From Felis catus (lineage: Eukaryota), in assembly GCF_018350175.1 (NCBI RefSeq), contig NC_058368.1:148058001-148122000 (forward strand): a stretch of 64,000 bases of DNA, read 5' to 3'. The notes below the pieces were generated by a model. It ran no database searches. It saw nothing but the letters and a program-made list of their open reading frames with translations, and had not been told where the DNA came from. Each line of letters starts with the position of its first letter. Within the stretch, counting starts at the first letter, position 1. A program made the position numbers and the translations under genes. Shown piece after piece: positions 25,901 through 39,159 of this stretch.

Positions 25901-27290
25901 CAAAATAAAAAATTGATAATAAATATATCAGAATAACTGCCATAAAGAAACAGAAGGAAAATAGAAATAGGGGACAGAGACAAAAAGGCATAGGTAAACA
26001 AAATAAGAACACAGCCATTGCTCAGACCAATGTTCATAATACACCATGATGTGAGGAGTAGGATTAATTCAACTTTGTGCACTTGAGATTGAAGGCAAAA
26101 AAAAGAAGAAAAAGAGCCAAGATACTCCCTACTTTGACTAAGTGATTATACAAAGCTTTACTTTTAAGCAGAGTTAAAATACATATTTTTAAAACACTTA
26201 AAGCTTATATAATATTTAACAATCATATTTCAATTCATTTTATCACTTCTTATATAGACCTTGGCTATGGGTAAAACTACTTATTTATGCAAGTGTTTTG
26301 GGTGCTGTGAAGATTAAGCAATGCAGATAAAACACTTAGCAACCAAATTGAATAATAAACATTCAAAAATATTGGATATATAAATAAAATATAATGGGGC
26401 ATTAGGACAGTAAAAATAAGCTAAATTTAATTTTTTTTAATTTTCCCTCAAAACATGGATAGTATGATCTCTTCATCCATATTTTACCATTTAAGTGTGT
26501 GACTAGTTCCAAAAGACAAACCTCCATTAGAAAGGGTATAGATGAAATTATAAGAATGAAACTTCCCATCTGTGTTCATTGGTTCTCATTTAATGTAAAC
26601 TGTTATTTCAATTCTCTGAGTCATAATATGCTCCTAAAAATCAGCTCTTTAAACAAAACACCTAGTGAATTTTTTAAGTGATGGTACAGTTTGGATATTG
26701 CTTGCATGCTTTTTTTTTTTTTTTTTTGGTCTTATTTTGATTTTCTTCTACAATCACTAAAGTTTATATCTTCAAACAGTTTGCTTTGTATTTTCATGCA
26801 GTATTTCTTCTGAAATCATTAATAGGGATTAACAATTAAATATGAGAGACAGTGGATATATCTAAACTTCACAGTTAAGAAAAAGAATAGGCCTTAAGAA
26901 AAAGTTTGGAAAGGCATACAAAGATTATTATATTGTAAGTTGCTACACTCAAGGACTAACACAACTGAAGCATTTGAGTAACTTCCAGTTTTGACCCTAA
27001 CTATCTAAATATGATGATTACTCACTTCTCATACAACACTTCAGCAGTTCTGGCCTTTGTGAGAATATATTTTCTACAAATTGCTAGGAGAAAATTTTTT
27101 TAGGCACAAATATTGTCTGCACTGTTATTCTTGATAAACTCCCAGAAATCTAGCTCGGTCTACTACCAGCTGATCCTGGAACACAAAATGCACTAAACAA
27201 GCAGATGTCAAATGTTCTCAGGCAAAAATTTGTGACAGATAATATTCTCACATACCCTTTAGGAATTCCCTCCTCTTACATTCATTCACA

Positions 27291-27292
<2 letters not shown>

Positions 27293-27366
<74 letters not shown>
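27293..27366. repeat. Compound microsatellite (TC)19(TA)18
   Basis: Read directly from the sequence. Confidence 0.97.
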
Positions 27367-27369
<3 letters not shown>

Positions 27370-27409
27370 CACTCTGTAGCCAGCCATAACTTGACATCAT
27401 ACTATTTCC

Positions 27410-27597
27410 TAAAATAATGTTCTCAAAGTATAGTGTTAAAAACCCATACAAGAATGACTTCTGGTTTATTAAAAATTCAGATCCTGGACTCCATAACAGA
27501 CCTTATAATAAATAGTAACCCTATTCTATAAGATGTGAATATTTTTAAAAAAGTATCTCAGTTGCTATTATATACACTACATTGAGATTTTGCTCTA
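27410..27597. mobile_element. MER5-like DNA transposon relic
   Basis: gttctcaaagtatagt...tttattaaaaattcagatcctggactcca...tatacactacattgaga. Confidence 0.5.
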
Positions 27598-28212
27598 AGC
27601 AGTCAGGGCTAGTGACTGCAAAGAGTCCTCAAACGCATGAAGATCTCAAGGCACAATGCACCAAAATATAGCAGATACTATTTAAGAGTAAATTAGAAGA
27701 ATTTGACTAGTCACTATATTACTATTAAAGAACAAAAGTTAATACTATTCACTGAAGAATTAAACTAACAATCATGAAAGGTTAAATGGTTTGACACACT
27801 GTCAGAGTACCTGAATTTATATTTATTCAATTGAAAATAAACTTAATTGAGCAGTTAATGATTACTTTACTCTGTCCCCTACAGCAAAGGAATATTCTCC
27901 TCAGCAAGAATAAAGTGGCTCTATACAGAATCCATATGTAAAATGAATACTTCAAAATAAAATCTATCCCTTTTAAAGAAGATTTAGAAAATGAGTGGTC
28001 AGAGAAGTTGGGGCTACACTCCTGAACTTTTTATGGAAGAGAGGTCAAAGTGGGATTTCTTGAGTACATTTTATCTTAAATGTTAGATAGGCAGAAGCTG
28101 TCACTTACAAAGATCAGAAATTTCTACTTTTAATTAATTTTTGGTAACTTTGAAGTATGTTTTAAATAATTAATCCATTTAAAATAATAGCTTTATGTCA
28201 ACTGACACTTTG

Positions 28213-28381
28213 TCTTTTAAAAAATTACTGTGATATAATTGACATATAACATTGTGTATGTTTATGGTATACAACATATTGATTTCATCAGGGGCATATA
28301 TTGTGAATGATTCCAGTGTAGCTTTACCTGATACTTTTCATCAACTCACATAATTACCATTTCTTTTTTGTGTTGAGAACA
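28213..28381 (-). mobile_element. L1MA-like extreme 3' fragment
   Basis: gatataattgacatataacattgtgtatgtttatggtatacaaca...cacataattaccatttcttttttgtgttgagaac. Confidence 0.75.
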
Positions 28382-28775
28382 TTTTTTGGGGGGTATTTCT
28401 ATGTATTTTTTTAATTTATATCCAAGTTAGTTAACATATAGTGCAACAATGATTTCAGGAGTACATTCCTTAATGCTCCTAACCCATTTAACCCATCCTC
28501 CCTCCCACAACCCCTCCAGTAACCCTGTTTGTTCTCCATATTTAAAAGTCTCTTATGTTTTGTCCCCCTCTGTGTTTTCATATTATTTTTGCTTCCCTTC
28601 CCTTATGTTCATCTGTTTTTTATCTTAAAGTCCTCATATGAGTGAAGTCATATATTTGTCTTTAACTGCCTAATTTTTCACTTACCATAATACCCTTTAG
28701 TTCCATCCATGTAGTTGCAAATGGCAAGATTTCATTCATTTTGATTGCCAAGTAATACTCCACTGTATGTGTGTA

Positions 28776-28821
<46 letters not shown>

Positions 28822-31800
28822 CATACCACATCTTTCTTTAACCATTCAACCATCAATGGGCACTTGGGCTCTTTCCAAACTTTTACTATTGTTGATAGTG
28901 CTGCTATAAACACTGGGGTGCATGTGTCCCTTCGAAAAAGCATATCCGTATCCCTTGGAGAAATACCTAGCAGACGTAGTAGTGCAATTGTTGGGTCATA
29001 GGGTAGTTCTATTTATAACTTTTTGAGGAACCTCCATACTGTTTTCCAGAGTTGCACCAGCTGCATCGCCACCAGCAGTGCAAAAGAGATCATCTTTCCC
29101 CGCATTCTCATCAACACGTTGTTGCCTGACTTGTTAATGTTAGCCATTTCTGAAAGATGTGAGGAGGTATCTCATTGGAGTTTTGATTTGTATTTCCCTA
29201 ATGATCAGTGATGTTGAGCATTTTCTCAGGTGTCGGTTGGCCATCTGGACCTTCTTCAGAGAAGTGTCTATTCATGTCTTTTCCCCATTTCTTCACTGGA
29301 TTATTTGGTTTTGGGGTGGTGACTTTGATAAGTTCTTTATAGATTTTGGGTACTAACCCTTTATCTGATAGGTCATTTGCAAATATCTTCTCCCATTCCA
29401 TCGGTTGCCTTTTAGCTTTGCTGATCATTTCCCTCACTGGGCAGAAGCTTTTGTTTTGATGGGGTCCCAACAGTTCATTTTTGTGTCCTTTGCCTCCAGA
29501 GAAGTATTGAGTAAGAAGTTGCTATGGTCAAGATCAAAGAGGTTTTTTCCTGCTTTCTCCTTGAGGATTTTGATGGCTTCCTGTCTTACATTTAAGTCAT
29601 CCATTTTGAGTTTATTTTTGTGTATGGTATAAGAAAGTGGTCCAGGTTCATTTTTCTGCATGTCACTGTCCAGTTTTCCCAGCACCACTTGAAGAGACTG
29701 TCTTTATTCCATTGGGTATTCTTTCCTGCTTTGTCAAAGATTAGTTGCCCATATGCTTGTGGGTCCATTTCTGGGTTCTCTATTCTGCTCCATTGATCTG
29801 AGTGTCTGTTTTTGTGCCAGTACCATACTGTCTTGATGATTAAAGCTTTGTAATACATCTTGAAGCCTGGGATTATTCTGCCTCCTGCTTTGGTTTTCTT
29901 TTTCAAGATTGCTTTGGCTATCTGGGGTCTTTTGTGGTTCCATACAAATTTTAGGATGGTTTGTTCTAGCTCTGTGAAGAATGCTGATGTTATTTTGATA
30001 GGGATTACATTTGAATATGTAGATTGCTTTGGGTAGTATTGACTTTTAGCAATATTTTTCTTCCTATCCAGGAGCATGGAATCTTTTTCCATTCTTTTGT
30101 GTCTTCTTCAATTTTTTTCATAAGCTTTCTATAATTTTCAGTACACAGATTTTCCAACTATTTGGTTAGATTTATTCCCAGGTATTTTATGGTTTTTGGT
30201 GCAACTGTAAATGGGATCAATTCCTTGGTTTCTCTTTCTTTTGATTCATTATTAGTGTATAGGAATGCAACCAATTTCTGGACAATGATTTTATATACTG
30301 CCACTTGGCTGAATTGATGGATCAGTTCTAGCAGTGTTTGGGTGGAATCTTTTGAGTTTTCCATATAGAGTATCATGTCATCTGCAAAGAGTGAAAGTTT
30401 GACCTCTTCCTGGCCAATTTAGATGCCTTTTATTTCTTTGTGTGGTCTGATTGCTGAGGCTAAGATTTCCAATACTATATTGAATAACAGTGGTGAGAGT
30501 GGACATCCCTGTCTTATTCCTGACCTTAGGGGGAAAGCTCTCATTTTTTCCCCACTGAGGATGATATTAGTGTTGGGTGTTTCATAAATGGCTTTAATGA
30601 TCTTGAGGAATGATCCTTCCATACCTATTTTCTTAAGGATTTTTATCAAGAAAGGATGCTGTATTTTGTCAAATGTTTTCTCTGCATCTATTGAGAGGAT
30701 CATATGGTTCTTGTTCTTTCTGTTATTGATGTGATGAATCACATGGATTGTTTTGCGGATATTGAACCAGCCCCACATCCGAGGTATAAATCCCAGTTGG
30801 TTGTGGTGAATAATTTTTTTAATGTGTTATTGAATCTAGTTGGCTAATATCTTGTTGAGGATTTTTGTATCCGTGTTCATCAGGGAAAGTGGTCTATAGT
30901 TCTTTTTAGTGGGGTCTTTGGTTTTGGAATGAAGGTAATTCTGACTTCATAGAAAAGTTTGGAAGTTTTCCTTCCATTTCTATTTTTTGGAACAGCTTCA
31001 AGAGAATAGGTGTTAACTCTTCCTTAAATGTTTGGTAGAATTCCCCTGGAAAGCCATCGGGACCTGGACTCTTGTTTTTTGGGAGATTTTTGATTACTAA
31101 TTCAGTTTCTTTCTGGTTATGGGTCTGTTCAAATTTTCTATTTCTTCCTGTTTCAGTTTTGGTAGTTTATGTTTCCATGTAGTAGTTTGGTAGTTTATGT
31201 TGTCCATGTCTTCCAGAGTGCCCATTTTATTGGCATATAATTGCTCATAATATTCTCTTATTACTGTTAGTATTTCTGCTGTGTTGGTTGTGATCTCTCC
31301 TCTTCCTTCTTGATTTTATTTATTTGGATACTTTCCTTTTTCTTTTTGATCAAACTTGCTATGGGCTTATCAATTTTGTTAATTCTTTCAAAGAACTAGC
31401 TCCTGGTTTCAGTGATCTGTTTTTTGTTTTGTTTTTTTGTTTTGTTTTGTCTTTGATAACATTAATTTCTGCTCTAATCATTATTATTTCCTGTCTTCTG
31501 CTGGTTTTGGATTTAATTTGTTGTTCTTTTTCCAGCTCTTTAAGGTATAAGGTTAGGTTGTATATCTGAGACCTTTCTTCCTTCTTTAGGAAGGCCTGGA
31601 TTGCTATCTATATACTTCCCTCTTATGACTGCCTTTGCCATGTCCCAGAGGTTTTGGGCTGTGGTGTTATCACTTTCATTGGCTTCCACGTACCTTTTAA
31701 TTTCCTCTTTAACTTCTTGGTTAGCCCATTCATTCTTTAGTAGGATGTTCTTTAGTCTCCAAGTATTTGTTATCATTCCAAATATTTTCTTGTGGTTGAT

Positions 31801-31997
31801 TTCAAGTTTCATTGCGCTGTGGTCTGAAAATATGCATGGTATGATCTCGAACTCTTTGTACTTGTTGAGGGTTTATTTGTGTCCCAGTACATTGATCTAT
31901 TCTGGGGAACGTTCCATGTGCACTTGAGAAGAATGCATATTCTGCTGCTTTAGGATGAAATGTTCTGAATATATCCATTAGTCCTTCTGATCCAGTC
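28382..31997 (-). mobile_element. 5'-truncated felid L1 (about 3.6 kb, most of ORF2 plus 3' UTR), inactive
   Basis: Series of minus ORFs with L1 ORF2 text ([41 protein letters not shown]; intact LFADDMILY near 30365-30391; [13 protein letters not shown]). Frameshifted. Contains (TG)n at about 28785-28816. Confidence 0.97.
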
Positions 31998-32219
31998 AAC
32001 TGACAATTGTTTTAAGTCTGACTACCTTGTTTTGACAAGCCCTCTTCTCGATCAACATTTACTCACAAAATCAGTGCTGATTCTTACTAAATTCCTAGGT
32101 GAAAATAAGCAAATTAAAAAAAAAAATACAACAGATACTATGGATTAGTCAAAGAAAACCCAAATAGCTCAACATATTTATATATGTTGTATTTGTGCAC
32201 ATATGTGTGTGTCATATGC

Positions 32220-32762
32220 TGTTTTAATGTGTCAACTTGACAAAGATGAACTGTATTATTTTTTCTAGATTTACTTTTCTTATATGTTTTGGTTATGGGA
32301 GGCCACAAAGAGAATTCTTGGAGATCTGGAAAGCAAAAGGGACACAGCAGCCATTTTGTAGCAGAAATACACATTGTTGCTGATTAGCAGATTCACCTTA
32401 TTAGTGTAAAGGGGAAGCTGGGCATGTAATAGCACTCCCTTCTCAAGATCAACCATCAGCTTCTCTCATTCCTCGACCAGGTGTGCTTATCTTTGTGACA
32501 AAGGGCCCTAGCATATACAGAATACTCTTGTACCAGACTTGAGTCCCACTGGGGCTCCAGCTCATGCTTGTAGGTTCCAGGCTGCCCTTGATTTTTTCCA
32601 TTTGCATCCAACTTCCTTTCCTGACTACCTACGGACTCTGAGCTCTGGCAAGAGATGTGGGGATAACAGTAAGACAAATTTCCTGTAACAAATGCATTAA
32701 CATATATGTATATTTATAGCTCCTACTGGTTCTGCTCCTCTGGTTGGATCCTAAGTGATAAG
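32220..32762 (+). mobile_element. ERVL-type solo LTR (MLT2-like)
   Basis: Starts ttttaatgtgtcaacttgac and ends ctcctactggttctgctcctctggttggatcctaagtgata. Confidence 0.6.
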
Positions 32763-32769
32763 TATATGT

Positions 32770-32895
32770 GCATGTGTTCTCACAACTATCTTATGAAATA
32801 ATTTCCTGTTTTATCCCCATTTGGAGAGGAGGATCAAAAAACTTGCATAAGGATGCATGGCAAGTAAGTAATGCAGTCAGGATCAGAACCAGTAA
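32770..32895 (-). mobile_element. MIR fragment
   Basis: ttctcacaactatcttatga...ttatccccatttggagaggagga. Confidence 0.5.
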
Positions 32896-35428
32896 TATAA
32901 GCTTTATTTTTAAAAAAAGAAGAAAAAATTGACCTTTGGCACAGTAACCCACTTAAGTATAACCTACTAATACATAGTAGGTACTCTCAAGATTTAATTT
33001 TTCCCTTTTGAGGAGACTTTCCACACCAAAATGTCTCAACTAACAGTGCAAGAATCCTTATGAACTGTATAGAGTATGCATCCACTAAACTTGCACATAA
33101 TGAACAAGAAACACAGTCAATGTTTTGTTTTTGTTATCATTGTACTGCTCTCTCAAGGTGAACCAAAAATGAATGATTAATCACCTGGTTATATTTGGCT
33201 TTATTTATGGAATCTCACACAATCAATAATTTATTGCTCTCTGGAAAAAGTAACTCACAGACACTGAAAATGTAATGTTCTTTCCTTCCAGAAATAAAGA
33301 GAACATGTACTTGATTTTTTGGAGATAACAGGGTAGCAGATGAGTGTGAATTTGACACTGACTATGAAACCACCTAATCTTAAGTGGCAGAAAAGCCGCA
33401 GTAACATTTTGGGAGTTTTTGGTTTTACCCATTCAAACACAAAAAGCTCATTTGTAACTAACGTATAAAATAAATTCAATGAATGGTATCCATTAACTAG
33501 CAGTGACAGTACTGTTTTTATTTTTTTGTTTATTGTTTGTTCTTTTTTTAATTAGAATTTAACTGGCCTAGAAATAATGGAAATAAAGTATTTAACATGG
33601 CCATTGACTCTAATTGTTCACATGTTCCATCATGTTGATTTTTTTTCTTAGGCCAATTTAACAAGGACAAGTTTATGGCATTTTTTACTCATTCTTTTTG
33701 GTTTCTTATTTCATTGTCAGAGAATCATTTAAAACAAAGGAAAAATGGGTATTTTAGCCTGATGAAGGCAAGTAAGTAGTATCATATGTGGCGTGTTATA
33801 CAAAAGGAAAGCTGAGAGATCAGGCAGAATGCAAGGCATATAATCTAAATGTCTCACAACAGCAAACAATACACGACAATTTCACACATTGGGGCACCTA
33901 AGTTAAATTAACTTGGGTTCCATGATTCTGTCCAGAGACACCCTGGCAAGGGTAAGATACAGCTGGTCATGCAATATTTCCCCAGAAAATTCTCTGTATG
34001 TGCTAAAGACAGGGAATCAAGAAGAATGGGTTTAGGAGAGAAAGAGGGAGAGAGAGAAGGGTAGTGGGGAGAGCGAAAAGGCATGTTCATTGGAAAACTT
34101 CATTCAGACTTCATTTTCAGGACTCTATTCAGACTCTTGTCTATTTCTGTGCCAGACTGCTAGCCATAGTGAGGCCTAAACCCAATCCTGCAGCTAACTG
34201 TGATAATGATGGCTCTCTCACTAGCAAAACCAGGAGGATAAAATCTGTGGGGCCTATATCACAGCTTGTTTCACTACTTCCTTCTCTAACTTCACAAATC
34301 CCACTTTCACAGCTTCAACCCACTATTTCAAGGAGTGACTTCCGTGTGGAATGGGTCCTACTTGCCTTATAAGGTATTATATCCCCATAGCCTGGCACAT
34401 GGGAGGAATAATTATTTACTTACTGAAAAAGTTATTTTTTTAATTAACGAATGAGTTAATCAAAAAAGGATTATGTATTTTATTGTTTGTTTCAGAAAGG
34501 GCGGATCTACATTTAACTTTGCATCTGAATTCATCTTTTTTTTTTTCCAAATTAAATGACTGCTTTCACACTTCACTATAATCCTAAAAGGAGGCACATT
34601 AGAATTTGTTTTCAGTTACTGGTAACAATTATAGATTAACACTAAGCAGTGGCAGAGGTCCAAACAGCTACATCAAAAAGATATATGAAGGTGGAGAAAG
34701 TATTGTCCATTTTAGTACCAATGATAGCATACTCTACCCTTATAAAGACAAAAAAAAAAAAACACAAGAAAAAAGAAAGAGAACTTCTTGGCATTAAAAA
34801 TAAACGTACTTTCATGTTAAAATGTTTAAAAGTAAAACAATAATGTGGGTAAATGGAAGATAGTAATGATTTATTTCCAATGATTTTGGCAGTTGTTGAT
34901 GGTCTTAATTATATAGTTATTTTCCATTTTGGGCTATATTAATGAACTTAGGATATTTTAATTGTAATTTTTTTCCTAGTTAACTTTTGTCCTCTGATAT
35001 GTGTCTGCTAGTCTGTGAGATGATATATCTCAGAACAGCATGCCTAAATGCCACCTGTAAAAACAGCAGGAAAGCAATATAGTGAGGAACAAAACAGCAG
35101 GTAAGATACTGTTTGTGTAAGTGCCAGCTACTTATTTGTTAAAGCTAATGAGGTGTAAAAGATAATGCGACTTATCCTCATCTTGTCCAGAATCTGGAGG
35201 CAAGTTGAGAAGTCAGTCCCAAGAGTAAAGGATGGAAAATTGCCTAGAATGAATAAAATCAATGGACAACAGGAAATAATGACATTTATGTCCTGAGTTT
35301 ACAATAACCAGGTGCCAAGTTAGAAGAGATTTTGGCCGTATGTGATTAAAGGAGTTTATTCTCTTAAGTTTTAATTTAATGCCTATCAATGCTGAAGAGA
35401 GATCTAGATGGATGTGTGAAGTTTCTCT

Positions 35429-35639
35429 TTTTTTTTTTTTTAATTTTTTAATGTTTATTTATGAGACGGGGAGGAGAGGAGCAGAAAAAGAGGGAGACAC
35501 AGAATCTGAAGCAGGCTGCAAGGCTCCAGGCTCTGAGATGTCAGCACCAAGCCCAAAGTGGGGATCAAACTCACAAACTGTAACATCATGACCTGAGCCG
35601 AAGTCAGATGCTTAACCAACTGAGCCAACCAGGTGCCCC
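35429..35639 (-). mobile_element. Can-SINE
   Basis: Antisense SINE. TSD tgaagtttctct at 35417-35428 and 35640-35651. Confidence 0.96.
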
Positions 35640-36197
35640 TGAAGTTTCTCTCTGAAGCAGGGCAGTGAGGAGTGCAATGTGATGGTTCCATCTTCAGAAA
35701 TTAAAGTGCCAAAGTAAAGTGAGGTATTATCTCATTTCTTATCATCAGCTAAATCAGGAGACATTGTGAGATCAAGTCCTAAATATTTTTTTTTAATTCT
35801 TTTGGTAATATTAGAAATTATCTCTTTTTGCTCCAGTAAGATACATCTGTGCTTACTCTTCATAAAATCAAACTCTATTAATACATATTAAGGTAACAGA
35901 GACAATACTAAAAAAAGTGGTGTGTGCAAGTTTGTAATTCTCTGTGTATCACCTACTCACTATTGGGGATTTCATGAAGGAGTCTTAAAGACAAAATGTT
36001 TTGAAAATTCAAACCTCTGTTGATAGACATTTTTTTCTTTAATTCTCCTTTTGTAGCTCATAATTCTCAAATTTTGGCATACATTTACACTATGGAAGTT
36101 GTATATATAAAACCATGTATACTTTGAATGGTTTAAAATGCTTTATTTTGGCCCACATGCAAACTCTTTGGCCTAATTCCATCTAAAATGCAATCTA

Positions 36198-36405
36198 GGG
36201 ATATCTGGGTGCCTCAATCTGTGAGTGTCTGACTCTTGATTTTGCCTCAGGTCATGATGACAGTTTGTGGGTTCGAGACCCATGTCTGGCTCCACACCAG
36301 CAGTGTGGAGCCTGCTTGGGATTCTCTCTCTGCCCCTCCCATGTCAGCACTCTCTCTCTCAAAATAAATAAGTAAACCTCAAAAAAATAAAATAAAAATA
36401 AAACA
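36198..36405 (+). mobile_element. Can-SINE, older subfamily (gactcttgattt type)
   Basis: Degenerate TSD ctaaaatgcaatctagg (36183-36199) and ctaaaatccatcctagg (36406-36422). Confidence 0.92.
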
Positions 36406-36525
36406 CTAAAATCCATCCTAGGTTGTGTGAATCTGGGAACAAAAATTTAAGAATTTTACAAAATCCCTAAACCTTTACAATGCTTTCTCACTTTTGTAAT
36501 TCTAGCAATTATGGACTTGGCTTAC

Positions 36526-36581
36526 CTGATTTTAAGCAATGCCTTCGAAATTCCAAAATCCATACAACAGGCCATTGAAGG
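36526..36581 (-). other. Candidate internal exon (56 nt; 123 nt with the alternative acceptor at 36648)
   Basis: Minus strand gtgtgttccttcag| acceptor and ATCAG|GTAAGC donor in non-repeat DNA 2.6 kb downstream of the putative first exon. Motif evidence only. Confidence 0.25.
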
Positions 36582-38049
36582 CTGAAGGAACACACAGACT
36601 TTCTCTTTTGAGGAAACTTCAGGTCTGTTTTTAAGGCCTTTCAACTGACTGAAACAATTACCCCCACCCCCCCACCCCCAGATAACTGGGGACTACAATC
36701 TAGCGAAAGTGATACATGAACTAATGCAACTGTTATTTCCTGCAAATTAGAATAAACTATATTTTTTCCAAGGAACAAGTAAATGATACGGATGACCTGT
36801 TTTATAGAGCATGTAGAATGGAAACCATACTTTGTTTTTCCCATATGTTTTTGGAATAATCATTTGTTCTTTGAAGGACCATGGAGTGTACTTGCATTTT
36901 TATTACAAGTTTTAGCTTGTATCACAGAAAATTTCAAGCATATATTATAATGCAGACAACAATACAATAAAGCCCGATGTAGCCATAATCCAACTTCAGC
37001 AATTATCAACATTCTGCTAGTCTTAATATACTTATACATATGTACTCCTGCCTGGATTTGATTCTCAATCTAAGGAAAGTATGAGGAAATCTACCTGGTT
37101 GAGAGAATAGCCGAGTTACGTTTTTCATTTCAATCCAGATGATAACCCTTGTGAGTACAAGATGGTCAGAATAAACTGCACTACTGTTTTCTTTCTATTT
37201 TAACTTTTCCCCCCCTGGCAAATGTAGTTGAATTTTATGACACCACCATTTACTGAATGTATGTAATTTTCCTACTGAATAATAATATATTAATAAAATA
37301 CTAGAGAAAGACAACAGAGAGTAATAAGAAACCTAGGTAGATAGTAGGGTTCTTTACCTGTTATTTTTTTAAACAAGGTAATTTAAAAGTATATGAAAAT
37401 AATCCTTTAATAATATAGCAAAAATAAGGTTAGTGTTTGAAATGGCATTGGAAAGTAAGGTGGGAGACGAGACAAGAAATTTACTTATTTATTCTTTGTA
37501 AGTTTTCAGGCTACAGCACAGTTGATGAAATGGTGGAAAGCCACATTGCTTTTAGCCAGTGCTGTATTGCTTTAATGTAAAACTCATGCTCAATTGCCAT
37601 TTTCCCTCTGAAGATTTAAATGAGCCAATGGATTCTGAAAAATGGCCTGGCAGTGAGTCTAACAAAGTTACGGTGTTAACAGCAGTTGAGATCTCTATTT
37701 TGTACCAGAAATAGGTATGTTAGAGTCCATGGAGAAGGGAGGGGAGGGGAAGGGAGAGGCTCCTTAAAATTATTTAGTAACAGAAATGAATGCCACATGA
37801 TTATTACCCTTGTCTTAGGGAAATATGCATGATAATGTATTCATTATTGATTCTTTCTCTGTAGGACTCCTGCTTTGGCTCATTGCTCATTTTAAATGGC
37901 TCAGTAAGTCACAAGAGTTGTCAGTGCTTCCTCACTTAGCTTTACATCATTTGTTTACTGCATCTGCTCAATAATAGTCTGCTTTATGAATGAGCTCCTA
38001 TAGATTGTGAGGATTTAATGCATAATGCAGGTGTATATTAAATCTGTTA

Positions 38050-38210
38050 CACATATGTCATGACCACAATGGAATTGTTTGGAGACAACTATAGATAACT
38101 GTGCATTATTTTATTTCGTATCCCAAAGGTTTAGCATGGTTCCTAGAACACAGTATGTACCCTATGAATGCTTACTGAATGATGGATCTGCAAATGAATG
38201 AATGAAATAA
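38050..38210 (+). mobile_element. L2 3' end
   Basis: gtatcccaaaggtttagcatggttcctagaacacagta...aatgcttactgaatga...aatgaatgaatgaa. Confidence 0.6.
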
Positions 38211-39159
38211 AAATACAGAAAAAAAAGCTGATTTTAAAAACAAAACTGCACAGTGGCATACACTGATGTTCTCTGCCTGAAAATCAAAATAATTTACAAT
38301 GAAACCTCCTCTTCAAGGACTAGCTTGATTCTCATATTCTTCATAGGTCTTACTTGATCACTTCATCAAATGTTATTATATCCTTTGATTAATTAGCTGC
38401 CACTTTAGAGTAACTTAGTTGGAGAAAGAAGATAAACAAATGACGCCTTAAATAATCATGTATAAATAGAAAAATAAGACCAACATAATTCTTGGTTTGC
38501 ACTGTGTTTTACCTTTAAAAAATTCAATATTAATGTTCGTATTCATGTGCATTGAACTTACATCACTACTAACCATGAGTAGAAGTTCCCCAAGCACCTT
38601 GTAAACAGGATACACAGCAGGTTCTCACCACGAGGCAAATCTGTTTGAAATATAAAATTTTACAAGACCCCATTTAAAAATTTCCCTGTTTTAGAAAGAC
38701 TCTTATTTCAATTAAGTATTTTTCTATGCAACAGACATACACTTGAGAGGGGATAAATATTGAGAAGTTAGCATTTTTCACATTTGAGGGCTAACACTGG
38801 AATGACAGCAATCTTTTTTTTTTTTCCAAAAACAAAATAAAAGATACAATAAGTCACATCAATATATTTAAATTTATGTTTTAAAATAAATTAGAGTAAC
38901 TATTAGTTCTCTCACTATTCCTCCAAAATTTTTGTGTTAAAATCCTGTATTAATTATTTCTAAAAACGGTGTATTTGTTTTGATACGCGTGAAATATATC
39001 TGCATCATGAATTAATCTGAGAAAATTTCACTGGAGTCGTGCCAAAGCCACATTCATTGATTAACCCATTTAATCCACAAATATTTATTGATATGCTAAT
39101 TGCTGGGTTTAAATAGCTTTTATTTTTAACCACCCCTGCACTGCCTTTGGACCAGAGCC

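Noticed and set aside
12784..36405. SINE strand bias (mostly plus) as evidence for a minus-strand host gene
   Set aside because: Only seven elements, and L1s in the same interval show no matching bias.
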